A DNA stretch of 64,000 bases, from NCBI GenBank assembly GCA_013286795.1, contig JABDFA010000005.1, forward strand, positions 10,911-74,910, read 5' to 3'. A program made the position numbers and the translations under genes. This stretch comes from Candidatus Babelota bacterium (GTDB taxonomy: Bacteria > Babelota > Babeliae > Babelales > JABDEC01). Positions 8,314-17,725 of this stretch are shown here, in pieces; position 1 is the stretch's first letter, and every line of letters begins with the position of its first letter. The notes beneath the pieces were generated by a model that saw nothing but the letters and a program-made list of their open reading frames with translations, was not told where the DNA came from and made no database searches.

Positions 8314-11300
8314 TTAGTCACTGACTTCCTCCCTGCCAACTTTTAATAAATCAACTTGTAAAGCTAAACTTTGTAATTCTTTAATCATAACATTAAATGA
8401 TTCTGGTAGCCCAGGATCTGGAATATTGTTTCCATCTCCTCTAACAATTACTTCATAAACCTTATGTCTGCCAGTAACATCATCTGACTTATAAGTTAAT
8501 AATTCTTGCAATGTATAGGCTGCCCCATAAGCTTCTAAGGCCCAAACTTCCATCTCACCAAAACGCTGGCCACCAAACTGTGCTTTACCACCAAGCGGCT
8601 GTTGAGTAACTAGAGAATATGGTCCTACTGAACGAGCATGTAATTTGTCATCAACCATATGATTTAGTTTCATCATATAAATAGATCCTACAGTAACCGG
8701 TTGATCAAAATATTCACCGGTTCTACCATCATGCAACCTATATTCTCCATTTTGTGATAAATTAACTTCTTGTAAAATAGGTTGTATATCTCTTTCAAAC
8801 GATGCTCCATCAAATACAGGAGTTTTAAAGTGAACCCCTCTTTGACTAGTTCTATTAGCTAGGTCCAATAAGCCTTCTCTTCCATAACTATCTTCGTAAA
8901 CAGAAATTAATTCTTTACCAAAATATTTTGATAAGAATTCTTTAATTTTATCAAAACTCTGTTCTTCAATTAATTTAAATAATTCTGTTCCTAGTTTCTT
9001 GCCAGCAAAACCTAATATAGTTTCCAAAATCTGTCCGACGTTCATACGTGAAGGTACACCAACTGGATTTAAGACAATATCAACCGGGGTTCCATCATCC
9101 AAATGGGGCATGTCTTCTCTAGGAACAATTATAGAGACTACGCCTTTATTACCATGCCTACCTGCCATCTTGTCCCCAACCGAAACAGATCGCCTTGATG
9201 CAACATAAACCTTAACCATTTTAATCACACCTGATGGTAAAGGATCGCCTTTTTTTAATTTATTAATCTTTTCTTCTTTAATGTTTTCTAATATTTTAAC
9301 TTGATTTTCTAACATTATTTTTAGAGCAGCTATTTCCTTATTATCATTTGAATCATCTAATTTAAGATTTAAAAGATCATCCAAAGATAAATCAACAAGT
9401 TTAGCTTTATCTAATTTTCCATTTTTAATTAAAGATTTAGATACTTTAGAAGAAGGAGTTTTACCAGAAAGAATTTCAATAGCTTTATCAAAACTCATCT
9501 TTTTAACGAGTTCTAAATGTTCAATCAAACTTTCTTCTATCTTTTTAGTCTCTGCAGCAACGATTTCTTTATATCGCTTATCTTTCCTTATACCACTGCG
9601 AGAGAAAACTTTAACATCAATAACTGTACCTTCTATTCCAGGCGGTACACGCAAAGAAGTATCTCTAACTTCCCGAGCCTTTTCACCAAAAATAGCACGT
9701 AACAGTTTTTCTTCAGGCGAATATTGTATATCACCTTTTAATGTAACTTTACCTACTAAAATATCTCCAGGCACAACTCTCGTACCTATCTTTACAATCC
9801 CTTCTTCATCGAGCCCAACTAAAGCTCCTTCGCTCACATTTGGTATATCAGCAGTAATCTCTTCAGGCCCAAGCTTGGTTTCTCTTGCATCAACAACATA
9901 TTCATCTATATGAACAGAAGTAAACGAATCATCTGCAACTAATCTTTTATTTAATACTATTGCATCTTCAAAGTTATATCCATGCCAAGGCATAAATGCA
10001 ACTAATATGTTTGAACCTAATGCCAATTCACCATATTCTATAGCAGAACCATCTGTCAAAACATCTCCAACTTCAACTCTTTGTCCACAGACAACCCTGG
10101 GCGTTTGATGTATACAAGTGCTGTAGCTTGATCTCTTAAATTTTTTCAAATAATAAGTATCAATACCATTAGATATCCAACTTTCTACATTTGGAAACTC
10201 TTTTTCATCAACCCTTATAACTATTCTTTCTGATGAAACATATTCCACAATCCCAGATCTTTTTGCAATAATAACAGCTCCAGATGCCTTACAAACTTCG
10301 CTTTCCATGCCTGTTCCAACAATAGGAACTTGTTTCTTTATTAACGGAACCGCTTGGCGTTGCATATTAGCACCCATAAGAGCACGTGTTGCATCATCAT
10401 GTTCAAGAAAAGGTATTAATGCAGCAGCTACTGAAACTAACTGTTTAGGAGAAAGATCAATATAGGTAATATTATCTACATTTGTATACAAGAAGTTTCC
10501 GTCATGTCTTGCAAGAACAACATCTTCCTTTATCTTTGGACCATGAGTTGCCTCTGCTTGCGCAATAAAATTATTAGCTTCTTCAAAAGCATCCAAAAAT
10601 ACAACCTCTTCCTTTATTTTACCATTTTCAACCGGACGATAAGCTGTTTCTATAAATCCAAGATCATTTACCATTGCATAGGTAGCCAAAGACGAAATAA
10701 GACCAATTGTCTGACCTTCAGGTGTTTCTATTGGACATATTCGACCATAATGTGAGGTGTGCACATCACGTATTTCATAAGTTGCTCTATCTTTTAATAC
10801 CCCGCCAGGTCCCAAAGCTGACAATCTTCTTTTATGTGCAAGTTCTGCCAAAGGATTAGTTTGATCCATAAATTGAGAAAGTTGTCCAGTTCCGAAAAAT
10901 TCTCTCATTACAGCACTCAAAGGTTTTACATTTAAAAGATCCTGAGGCATCATAGCAGAATTTGCCTCTATAACTCTAAATCTTTCATGGACAATTCTTT
11001 CTATTCTTGAAAATCCTAAATAAATTTGATTTGAAAGAAGCTCTCCAACCAATCTTACGCGTCTATTGCCCAAATGATCTATATCATCCAGTTCACCCTC
11101 ACCTTTTTCTCTGAGATTGATAAGGTATTTTATAGTAGCAAAAATATCCTCTTTGGTTAAAGTAGTAACATCACTCTGTATACTTAACCCCAATTTTCGA
11201 TTCATACGCATTCGACCCACTTCAGTCAAATCGTATGCTCGCCTAGAAAACAAAATATTTTCAAGTCTAGCAAGAATGTCTTTAGTAGAAGCTGTATCAC

Positions 11301-12636
11301 CGGGCCATACTTTTAAATGCAATTCTTTCAGCGCTTCTTCTTGCGAATGACAACTATCTTGAGTCAAAGTAATAGCTAGAATAGGATGAGAAACATACCC
11401 GGATGTAGTAATCAAATCTATTTCCAATTCTTTAAATTTACTTAGTTGCCCAAATAAATCACTATTGAATACTTGACCCTGCTCAGCTAAAATTTCACCT
11501 GTTTTGTTATCAACAATATCCTTAGCTAAAACTTTATTTAATAGATGATGCTCTTTTAGAACAATTATATCAATTTTGGCCTTAGTAAGCTGATTTAAAA
11601 TCTCTTTAGTAACTCTTCCACCAACCATATCTGTAAATGAAGTTGGCAACATATCTAGCTCTAAACGTTGCCCTAATAATGCATTATCAACTTTCTTATA
11701 AAATTCACCATTTTTTAAATAGATTTTATCTGAAGTATAAAACAATGGCACTATTTCGTCACGCTTTACACCTAAAGCCTGCAAAAAGGTAGTAACTAAA
11801 AGTTTTTTCTTTTTATCTATACGAACATATAAATAATCATTAGTATCAAATTCAAAATCAAGCCATGAACCACGCATTGGAATGATACGAGCCAAATAAT
11901 AATTTTTGCCGCGAACGTCTTTCATTTTCTTACTTTTTGAGAAAACAACGCCCGAAGATCTGTGCATTTGACTCACAACAACACGATCAACTCCATTAAT
12001 TAAAAATGTACCTTGATCACCTAATTTTATTCTTCCATTCTCTTGATATAAATCTATCATTACAGGAACATCGGCAAAAAAAATGTCTTGCTCTTTAATG
12101 TCCTTAATCTTCTTTTCACCTGAACTATTTACTTGCCAACTAATAAGCTGCATACGTATTCGCAATGACATAGAAAAAGTTTGACCACCAGCCCTACATT
12201 CATCAACGCTCATCGGCAACTTAATGGTTACTCTTGATAAACAATTAGAGCATGTCTTATAAAAGGCAGATTTTTTATTACAAAATTTGCATATAGAATC
12301 TTTTTCTAAGCGAGAACAATCAGATTTCTTACAAGAATTGCAACTCCAAGAATATCTATTATTTATACCAGTTAATTTTCCACAAGTACAAGCCCAATCA
12401 CCCAATTCGTAACTAACATACTCAAGCGACATTTTGTCTTCATGCTCAATTGGAAATAGATCCTTTAAAACCCTTTCTAGGCCTATCTCTTTTCTTTCAG
12501 AAGGCAAATAGTCAAATTGTACGAACTCATTAAACGATTTAGATTGAACTTCTATTAAGTTAGGAACAGGTACTATATCTTTTAGTTTACCAAAAGATTT
12601 ACGTAGTACCTTCTTACTTATATCCAAGTAAGACAT
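8314..12636 (-). CDS. rpoB: DNA-directed RNA polymerase subunit beta (with Cys-rich N-terminal insertion)
   Basis: 1440 aa with conserved beta regions (GNRRVRLVGELL, RLSALGPGG, NMQRQAVPL, GDKMAGRHGNKGV, MVDDKLHARS..GGQRFGEMEVWALEAYGA). Confidence 0.97.
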   Translation of the reverse strand: MSYLDISKKVLRKSFGKLKDIVPVPNLIEVQSKSFNEFVQFDYLPSERKEIGLERVLKDLFPIEHEDKMSLEYVSYELGDWACTCGKLTGINNRYSWSCNSCKKSDCSRLEKDSICKFCNKKSAFYKTCSNCLSRVTIKLPMSVDECRAGGQTFSMSLRIRMQLISWQVNSSGEKKIKDIKEQDIFFADVPVMIDLYQENGRIKLGDQGTFLINGVDRVVVSQMHRSSGVVFSKSKKMKDVRGKNYYLARIIPMRGSWLDFEFDTNDYLYVRIDKKKKLLVTTFLQALGVKRDEIVPLFYTSDKIYLKNGEFYKKVDNALLGQRLELDMLPTSFTDMVGGRVTKEILNQLTKAKIDIIVLKEHHLLNKVLAKDIVDNKTGEILAEQGQVFNSDLFGQLSKFKELEIDLITTSGYVSHPILAITLTQDSCHSQEEALKELHLKVWPGDTASTKDILARLENILFSRRAYDLTEVGRMRMNRKLGLSIQSDVTTLTKEDIFATIKYLINLREKGEGELDDIDHLGNRRVRLVGELLSNQIYLGFSRIERIVHERFRVIEANSAMMPQDLLNVKPLSAVMREFFGTGQLSQFMDQTNPLAELAHKRRLSALGPGGVLKDRATYEIRDVHTSHYGRICPIETPEGQTIGLISSLATYAMVNDLGFIETAYRPVENGKIKEEVVFLDAFEEANNFIAQAEATHGPKIKEDVVLARHDGNFLYTNVDNITYIDLSPKQLVSVAAALIPFLEHDDATRALMGANMQRQAVPLIKKQVPIVGTGMESEVCKASGAVIIAKRSGIVEYVSSERIVIRVDEKEFPNVESWISNGIDTYYLKKFKRSSYSTCIHQTPRVVCGQRVEVGDVLTDGSAIEYGELALGSNILVAFMPWHGYNFEDAIVLNKRLVADDSFTSVHIDEYVVDARETKLGPEEITADIPNVSEGALVGLDEEGIVKIGTRVVPGDILVGKVTLKGDIQYSPEEKLLRAIFGEKAREVRDTSLRVPPGIEGTVIDVKVFSRSGIRKDKRYKEIVAAETKKIEESLIEHLELVKKMSFDKAIEILSGKTPSSKVSKSLIKNGKLDKAKLVDLSLDDLLNLKLDDSNDNKEIAALKIMLENQVKILENIKEEKINKLKKGDPLPSGVIKMVKVYVASRRSVSVGDKMAGRHGNKGVVSIIVPREDMPHLDDGTPVDIVLNPVGVPSRMNVGQILETILGFAGKKLGTELFKLIEEQSFDKIKEFLSKYFGKELISVYEDSYGREGLLDLANRTSQRGVHFKTPVFDGASFERDIQPILQEVNLSQNGEYRLHDGRTGEYFDQPVTVGSIYMMKLNHMVDDKLHARSVGPYSLVTQQPLGGKAQFGGQRFGEMEVWALEAYGAAYTLQELLTYKSDDVTGRHKVYEVIVRGDGNNIPDPGLPESFNVMIKELQSLALQVDLLKVGREEVSD

Positions 12637-12709
12637 TTAGTTGCTCCTTGTCTGATTATTGCTATGTAATAATTACTTAAACCCTATAAAAACATGCTAA
12701 AAAAATATG

Positions 12710-13096
12710 TTATGATAATTCAACTTTAGCGCCGGCTGCTTCTAATTCTGCTTTCATCTTATTAGCATCTTCTTTTGAAGCCGCTTCAGCTATTACAGTA
12801 GGAGCTTTTTCTGCTGCTGTCTTAGCATCTGTTAATGATAAAGTTGTTACCTTACGCAAAGCTTTTATAACATCAATCTTCTTATCGCCAGAATCTTTCA
12901 AAGTTACCTTGAATTCTGTTTTTTCTTCTTTTTTAGCATCTGTAGCCGCTGCAGAAGGAGCAGACGAAGCTGCCATCATTGGCATAGCTGATGAAACACC
13001 AAACTTCTCTTCTAATGTCTTAACAAATTGAGATAACTCTAAAACTGACATTTTTTCTATAGATTCTATAAGACCATCATGATTCTTACTTGACAT
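12710..13096 (-). CDS. rplL: 50S ribosomal protein L7/L12
   Basis: 128 aa: N-terminal dimerisation helix, Ala-rich hinge (AASSAPSAAA), C-terminal domain KIDVIKALRKVTTLSLTDAK..AKVEL. Confidence 0.95.
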   Translation of the reverse strand: MSSKNHDGLIESIEKMSVLELSQFVKTLEEKFGVSSAMPMMAASSAPSAAATDAKKEEKTEFKVTLKDSGDKKIDVIKALRKVTTLSLTDAKTAAEKAPTVIAEAASKEDANKMKAELEAAGAKVELS

Positions 13097-13155
13097 AAGT
13101 TCTCCAAGAAAATTAATACAAAATAACTATCTAACTACTTTTAAGCCAAATTACT

Positions 13156-13677
13156 CTAACTCTTTTTTTCTTCTATTTGTTTCAATACAATCACAAGTCT
13201 CTTCAAAAGAGTATTTGCAACATTATGCAACCTAGAAATCGGTGCATTTAATACTCCACACAATTGAGCAAGCAACACTTCTCTTGAAGGTAAAGATGCA
13301 ATAGCAAGTATAGCTTCTTTATCAACAACTTGAGATTCTACGGATCCAACAATAATTTGAAAAGCCACTTGATCTTTAGCAAAATCATTCAAAGTTTTTG
13401 CTACCATACTTGGATCATTCTTTGAAAAAACAACTGCCAATTGATCCTTTAAAAAAGGAGACAATGGCTGATAAGATGGTAAATCTTGAATAGCTAATTT
13501 AACTAGACGAGTTTTTGCAACTCTCAATTCGCCATCTTTGAGTCTCAACTCTTTACGCAAAGACTGCAAATTCTTTACAGATAACCCTTTATAATTAACT
13601 AAAAATGAAGCTTTACTATCTTTAAAATCTTGTTTAAGTGAATTTATAAGTAAATCTTTTTCTTGTCGATTCATCAT
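13156..13677 (-). CDS. rplJ: 50S ribosomal protein L10
   Basis: 173 aa, sits between rplA and rplL. Motif FLVNYKGLSVKNLQSLRKELR. Confidence 0.9.
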   Translation of the reverse strand: MMNRQEKDLLINSLKQDFKDSKASFLVNYKGLSVKNLQSLRKELRLKDGELRVAKTRLVKLAIQDLPSYQPLSPFLKDQLAVVFSKNDPSMVAKTLNDFAKDQVAFQIIVGSVESQVVDKEAILAIASLPSREVLLAQLCGVLNAPISRLHNVANTLLKRLVIVLKQIEEKKS

Positions 13678-13690
13678 GTACCTCTAAACA

Positions 13691-14392
13691 TTAAATTTTT
13701 GAAAGCTCATCTAAATCTATACCTATTCCGACACCCATAGTTGATGAAATTGTAACTTTCCTTAAAAATTGACCTTTAGAAGATGCCGGCTTACTAGCTT
13801 GTAGTGTCTTAATAAAGGCTACAAAATTATCATACAACTTATTAACATCAAAAGATGATTTACCTATGGAAAAGTTTATAGCACCACTTTTGTTATTTTT
13901 GTAAAATGAACGACCCTTCTTTAGATCAACTACTATCTTATCTATATCAAATGTAACTGTACCATTTTTCGCATTAGGCAATAGATCTCTAGGTCCTAAA
14001 ATTTTAGCTAGTTTACCCACTAGGCCCATCATATCAGGTGTAGCAACTACATAATCAAAATCTAGCCACCCTGAAGATATCTTTTCAACCAAATCATTAG
14101 TGCCTACAAAATCAGCTCCTGCTTTTGTAGCATCATCAGCATGTTTACCCTTGGCAAAAGCAATCACTCTTACTTTTTTGCCTACACCAGCAGGCAATAG
14201 AACAGAACCCTTAACAGCTTGATCTGCCTTTGAAGGGTCAATACCTAAAATAATATTTAAATCAACAGATTCATCAAATTTAGCATATGCCAAATCTTTT
14301 ACAGCAGATAATGCTTCTTTAATAGTTAATTTTTTATTTAAAGCTTCCAGTTTGTTTTCTGCAGCTAAATGTTTTTTTCCATGTAATGCCAT
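13691..14392 (-). CDS. rplA: 50S ribosomal protein L1
   Basis: L1 motifs (FDESVDLNIILGIDP..QAVKGSVLLPAGVGK). Start placed at MALHGKK (cat at 14390-14392), which avoids overlapping rplK. Confidence 0.93.
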   Translation of the reverse strand: MALHGKKHLAAENKLEALNKKLTIKEALSAVKDLAYAKFDESVDLNIILGIDPSKADQAVKGSVLLPAGVGKKVRVIAFAKGKHADDATKAGADFVGTNDLVEKISSGWLDFDYVVATPDMMGLVGKLAKILGPRDLLPNAKNGTVTFDIDKIVVDLKKGRSFYKNNKSGAINFSIGKSSFDVNKLYDNFVAFIKTLQASKPASSKGQFLRKVTISSTMGVGIGIDLDELSKI

Positions 14393-14405
14393 GACAAGCC
14401 CTTGT

Positions 14406-14828
14406 TTATTCAACTTTTAAACCCATACTTCGCGCAGAACCTGCAACAATTTTTTTTGCCTGATCCAGGTCCATAGCATTCAAATCAGGAAGTTTAACTT
14501 TTGCAATTTCTTCCACATCTTTCCAAGATATCTTTCCAGCACTTTCTATACTAGGCTTTGAAGACCCTTTGGTTAAATTAATTTTTTTCTTTATTAGTTC
14601 TGAGGTAGGAGCTGTTTTTACAATAAAATCAAAAGACTTATCAGTATAAACTGTAATAAATACAGGAACTGTTTCACCCTTTCTATTTGCAGTTCTCGCA
14701 TTGAACTGCTTACAAAACTCCATTATATTAACTTGATGCTGACCAAGAGATGAACCAACTGGAGGAGCAGGAGTTGCAGCACCACCAGCAATTTGAAGTT
14801 TTATTTGAGATTTAACAATTTTTGCCAT
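14406..14828 (-). CDS. rplK: 50S ribosomal protein L11
   Basis: 140 aa: [34 protein letters not shown]. Confidence 0.95.
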   Translation of the reverse strand: MAKIVKSQIKLQIAGGAATPAPPVGSSLGQHQVNIMEFCKQFNARTANRKGETVPVFITVYTDKSFDFIVKTAPTSELIKKKINLTKGSSKPSIESAGKISWKDVEEIAKVKLPDLNAMDLDQAKKIVAGSARSMGLKVE

Positions 14829-14846
14829 GAAAATTTTACCTCTATA

Positions 14847-15362
14847 CTATCGTTTTACTTGATCAAAACTTAATTCAACAGGAGTAAGTCTACCAAAAAT
14901 ACTAACCATGACAGTCAATTTTTCAGCATCCATATCTATTTTATCAACAATGCCTACAAATCCAGCAAATGGACCCGCTATGATATCAACTTCAGAACCA
15001 CTTTCAAATTCAATTTTATTTGAGGAAACTACAACCTCTCCCTTCATACTGGATACAATTCTATCCACTTCTTTTTGAGATAATGGCATAGGGTCTTTAC
15101 CCCCAAGAAACTTCAAAACCCTAGGCAATGTAGCAACAAGGCGCATGGATTCAGGAGTAGGCTCAAATTCTACCAGAACATAGCCAGGAAACATTCGCTG
15201 ATCTTTTTCCTCTTCTGAAAGAAATTCTTTAACCTTAACGGAAGGAACAAGAATTTCACCAAAATAATCTTGCAATCCCTTTTGGGCAATCTGCTTACTT
15301 AAATCTAATTTCACTTGATCTTCATAACCAGCATAAACTTGTATTACATACCAACGTTTCAT
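14847..15362 (-). CDS. nusG: transcription termination/antitermination factor NusG
   Basis: KRWYVIQVYAGYE NGN domain plus a KOW motif (GPFAGFVGIVDKID). Conserved secE-nusG-rplK order. Confidence 0.95.
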   Translation of the reverse strand: MKRWYVIQVYAGYEDQVKLDLSKQIAQKGLQDYFGEILVPSVKVKEFLSEEEKDQRMFPGYVLVEFEPTPESMRLVATLPRVLKFLGGKDPMPLSQKEVDRIVSSMKGEVVVSSNKIEFESGSEVDIIAGPFAGFVGIVDKIDMDAEKLTVMVSIFGRLTPVELSFDQVKR

Positions 15363-15392
15363 CTCAGGAGTCCTAGAGTTTCCCTAAAAATA

Positions 15393-15584
15393 TTAAACAT
15401 ATTCTACAAAAATGTATCTTGCTAACCAAGAAAAAGCAAAATCTATAGCGCCTAAATATATGGAAAATAAAACAATCAATATAAGAACTATAATAGTAGC
15501 TCCAATAAATTCCGGAAATTTAGGCCAAACTATTTTTAATAATTCAAACTTTACTTCTTGTAAAAACTGGCCAAGATTTTTCAT
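15393..15584 (-). CDS. secE: preprotein translocase subunit SecE
   Basis: 63 aa from MKNLGQFLQEVKFELLKIVWP with a single TM helix. The longer track ORF (to 15701) runs into tRNA-Trp, so it was trimmed. Confidence 0.8.
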   Translation of the reverse strand: MKNLGQFLQEVKFELLKIVWPKFPEFIGATIIVLILIVLFSIYLGAIDFAFSWLARYIFVEYV

Positions 15585-15640
15585 TAAATCACCCAAACTT
15601 CTTAAACACTCACCATAAAAATTGCACCGTACAACAAATA

Positions 15641-15717
15641 TGGCAGGCCAGGAGGGATTCGAACCCCCAACCCGCAGATTTGGAGTCTGCCGCTCTACCA
15701 ATTCGAGCTACTGGCCT
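15641..15717 (-). tRNA. tRNA-Trp (anticodon CCA), CCA encoded
   Basis: Hand fold: AGGCCAG TA GCTC GAATTGGTA GAGC G GCAGA CTCCAAA TCTGC GGGTT GGGGG TTCGAAT CCCTC CTGGCCT G CCA. Confidence 0.9.
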
Positions 15718-15876
15718 CTATTTAGTTTCTTTATGAGGCTGATGCTTACGGCAGCGAGAACAATATTTTTTCATTTTCAAAGACCCTATAGATCTTTTTT
15801 TATTTACAACCTGTGTATAATTTTTTTCTTTACAATCTTCACACATTAAATGTGAAGTTACTCTATTCTTTGCCAT
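15718..15876 (-). CDS. rpmG: 50S ribosomal protein L33
   Basis: Not in the ORF track (52 aa). My translation: MAKNRVTSHLMCEDCKEKNYTQVVNKKRSIGSLKMKKYCSRCRKHQPHKETK. It has the classical L33 CxxC..CxxC and a HKETK end. Confidence 0.88.
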   Translation of the reverse strand: MAKNRVTSHLMCEDCKEKNYTQVVNKKRSIGSLKMKKYCSRCRKHQPHKETK

Positions 15877-15923
15877 AAAAAACTTCCTTGCAGATAAAAC
15901 CGCTCCAGATCCTCATATTAAAC

Positions 15924-16000
15924 TGGAGCCCGCGACCGGATTCGAACCGGTGACCTCTTCCTTACCAAGGAAGTGCTCTAACCTACTGAGCTACGTGGGC
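15924..16000 (-). tRNA. tRNA-Thr (anticodon GGU), CCA encoded
   Basis: Hand fold: GCCCACG TA GCTC AGTAGGTTA GAGC A CTTCC TTGGTAA GGAAG AGGTC ACCGG TTCGAAT CCGGT CGCGGGC T CCA. One A-C mismatch in the acceptor stem. Confidence 0.88.
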
Positions 16001-16066
16001 ACTTAATTCAATGCCTAAGTACCTATTAATAAGATAAAGGAAAAAAAGAAAAATACAACAATAATT

Positions 16067-16142
16067 TGGAGCTGGCGACTGGACTCGAACCAGTGACCTG
16101 CTGATTACAAATCAGCTGCTCTACCAACTGAGCTACGCCAGC
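16067..16142 (-). tRNA. tRNA-Thr (anticodon UGU), CCA encoded
   Basis: Hand fold: GCTGGCG TA GCTC AGTTGGTA GAGC A GCTGA TTTGTAA TCAGC AGGTC ACTGG TTCGAGT CCAGT CGCCAGC T CCA. Confidence 0.9.
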
Positions 16143-16162
16143 ATCGATTCTTAATATTTTTT

Positions 16163-16238
16163 TGGAGCGGGAAACGGGGCTCGAACCCGCAACCTACAGC
16201 TTGGAAGGCTGTCGCTCTACCAATTGAGCTATTCCCGC
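16163..16238 (-). tRNA. tRNA-Gly (anticodon UCC), CCA encoded
   Basis: Hand fold: GCGGGAA TA GCTC AATTGGTA GAGC G ACAGC CTTCCAA GCTGT AGGTT GCGGG TTCGAGC CCCGT TTCCCGC T CCA. Confidence 0.9.
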
Positions 16239-16323
16239 TTTATCAATTTTTTTTATAACCAAACTACCATTTTTCTATTTTTATTTTTAACTCAAAATAA
16301 AAATAGTTTTTTTATAATTTAAA

Positions 16324-16465
16324 TCCTGCCCTACTACGCACTTACTTCGCTAAAGCTACGTAAGTTGCTTCGAAGGGCATACTTCGCACTTAAGTTACTG
16401 TATTAATAAAATCAATTCCTTAAAGAAGTATGGCTCGCCATACGAAGCTACGAAGTAGCGAAGTA
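16324..16465. repeat. GC-rich imperfect palindromic element between tRNA-Gly and tRNA-Tyr
   Basis: Two arms, (cacttacttcgctaaagctacgtaagttgcttcgaagggcatacttcg) and (gaagtatggctcgccatacgaagctacgaagtagcgaagtat), are roughly reverse-complementary around an AT-rich loop. Shares CGAAGG/TACGAAGC words with the other GC-rich repeats. Confidence 0.65.
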
Positions 16466-16550
16466 TGGTGGTGAGGGTAGGATTCGAACCTACGAAGGCT
16501 GAGCCAACGGATTTACAGTCCGTCCCCTTTGGCCGCTCGGGAACCTCACC
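16466..16550 (-). tRNA. tRNA-Tyr (anticodon GUA), long variable arm, CCA encoded
   Basis: Hand fold: GGTGAGG TT CCCG AGCGGCCAAA GGGG ACGGA CTGTAAA TCCGT, long variable arm, GTAGG TTCGAAT CCTAC CCTCACC A CCA. Confidence 0.9.
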
Positions 16551-16641
16551 TAGATTTCAAAAAAATAATTAATTTATTGTCATAAACATCTCAATAGGAT
16601 ATTGCTTTTTTTTGATCTTTTCAACCAAAATCTTACATTCT

Positions 16642-17076
16642 CTAAAATTTTTTTTGTATTTTTAAAATTCTTTCATTAGAGTTTTCATCATAATCTATAT
16701 TTATTGCACAAAATTTTTCACCCAAAATTGGCTCTATTATTTCTGGCCATTCAATCAAGCTCATACTATTACTATCATGCAAATACTCATCAAACCCCAA
16801 ATTTAAAAAATCTCCTAAATTCTTTATTCTATACAAATCAAAATGGTAAAAAGTTTTACCTTCAAAATTCTTATAAATATTAACATAATTAAATGTAGGG
16901 CTTACAATTTCATCATCCACTCCCCACAATTTCAAGAGCTCTCGCACAAAAGTAGTTTTACCTGCACCTAAAGGCCCTGTAAATGTAACTATCTGACATT
17001 CTTCTAACTCTTTAGATAATCTCTTAGAGGTCAAATCTAATTTATCCAATCCAAAAACAATAATCTCACTATTCAT
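16642..17076 (-). CDS. tsaE: tRNA t6A37 biosynthesis ATPase TsaE
   Basis: 144 aa. P-loop GPLGAGKTTFVRELL, then SPTFNYVNIY and HFDLYRI, typical of YjeE/TsaE. Confidence 0.85.
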   Translation of the reverse strand: MNSEIIVFGLDKLDLTSKRLSKELEECQIVTFTGPLGAGKTTFVRELLKLWGVDDEIVSPTFNYVNIYKNFEGKTFYHFDLYRIKNLGDFLNLGFDEYLHDSNSMSLIEWPEIIEPILGEKFCAINIDYDENSNERILKIQKKF

Positions 17077-17651
17077 AATTTTTTAATTTTTTTTAAAATC
17101 TTTTTACTATTGTTCTCTAACTTTCTATCATCAATTAAATTTTTTACTTCAAAATCTTCTTCTTTAAAATAAATTCTACCACTTGCTCCCATCATTAATT
17201 CATCTAAATTTATATCAGATTCTGAACTTGTCTTATGCACTACAGTATCACCCCGAACCTTCTTAGGGATAATCCCTGTCTTTAAGTTATTAACAAACCC
17301 ATAAAACTCTAAAGATTTTATTGAATCTATATTCAATTTAGACGCACAATCTCTTAGCTCTCTATCAGATGAAACAAGTAAAATATCTTTCGAAGAGTTT
17401 TCAGACAAATAATCTTTAATTACAGTATCAGCTGAATCTTTATATCCTGAATAAATAATTTGTATATTATTATACTCTTCCAATGAAGGAAATGGAAAAT
17501 CTCCCCCATCAAAAACAATAACAATTTTATGATTTTTCTTTTTTGAATATCCTGCAAGCTCATTTATAAACTTAGATCTTATATCTGGTGAAACATCCGT
17601 AGATTTAATAACTTGTTTAATAAGATTATAACCATCTATAAGTAAGATCAT
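17073..17651 (-). CDS. YacP/Rae1-like NYN (PIN-like) domain protein
   Basis: MILLIDGYNLI..IVIVFDG..LLVSSDRELRD pattern of the DUF901/YacP family. Overlaps tsaE by 4 nt. Confidence 0.6.
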   Translation of the reverse strand: MILLIDGYNLIKQVIKSTDVSPDIRSKFINELAGYSKKKNHKIVIVFDGGDFPFPSLEEYNNIQIIYSGYKDSADTVIKDYLSENSSKDILLVSSDRELRDCASKLNIDSIKSLEFYGFVNNLKTGIIPKKVRGDTVVHKTSSESDINLDELMMGASGRIYFKEEDFEVKNLIDDRKLENNSKKILKKIKKL

Positions 17652-17725
17652 TAAACCCCTATACTTAAAAAAAATAATATGTAATTTTATTATAACACAT
17701 TATTTTAACCAAATTAAAGGTTATT

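Noticed and set aside
8310-8339. Track start of rpoC at 8339 (MAGRKSVTNQ..).
   Set aside because: That codon is TTG and would overlap rpoB by 26 nt. Alignment to the canonical beta' N-terminus favours ATG 8309 or GTG 8321.
15393-15701. Long version of the secE ORF starting MVERQTPNLRVGGSNPSW.
   Set aside because: The first 39 codons are the reverse-strand reading of tRNA-Trp. The genuine SecE starts at the internal MKNLGQF (15584).
15622-15849. 75-aa plus-strand ORF (MHRTTNMAGQEGFEPPTRRFG..).
   Set aside because: It is the sense-strand reading across the complement of tRNA-Trp and antisense rpmG. GFEPPT-type peptides are classic tRNA-derived artefacts.
16275-16306. Perfect 13-bp A/T-only hairpin (ctatttttatttt / aaaataaaaatag) followed by a T-run on the plus strand.
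   Set aside because: It resembles a terminator only on the plus strand, where no gene ends. An all-A/T stem would be very weak and is likely chance in this composition.
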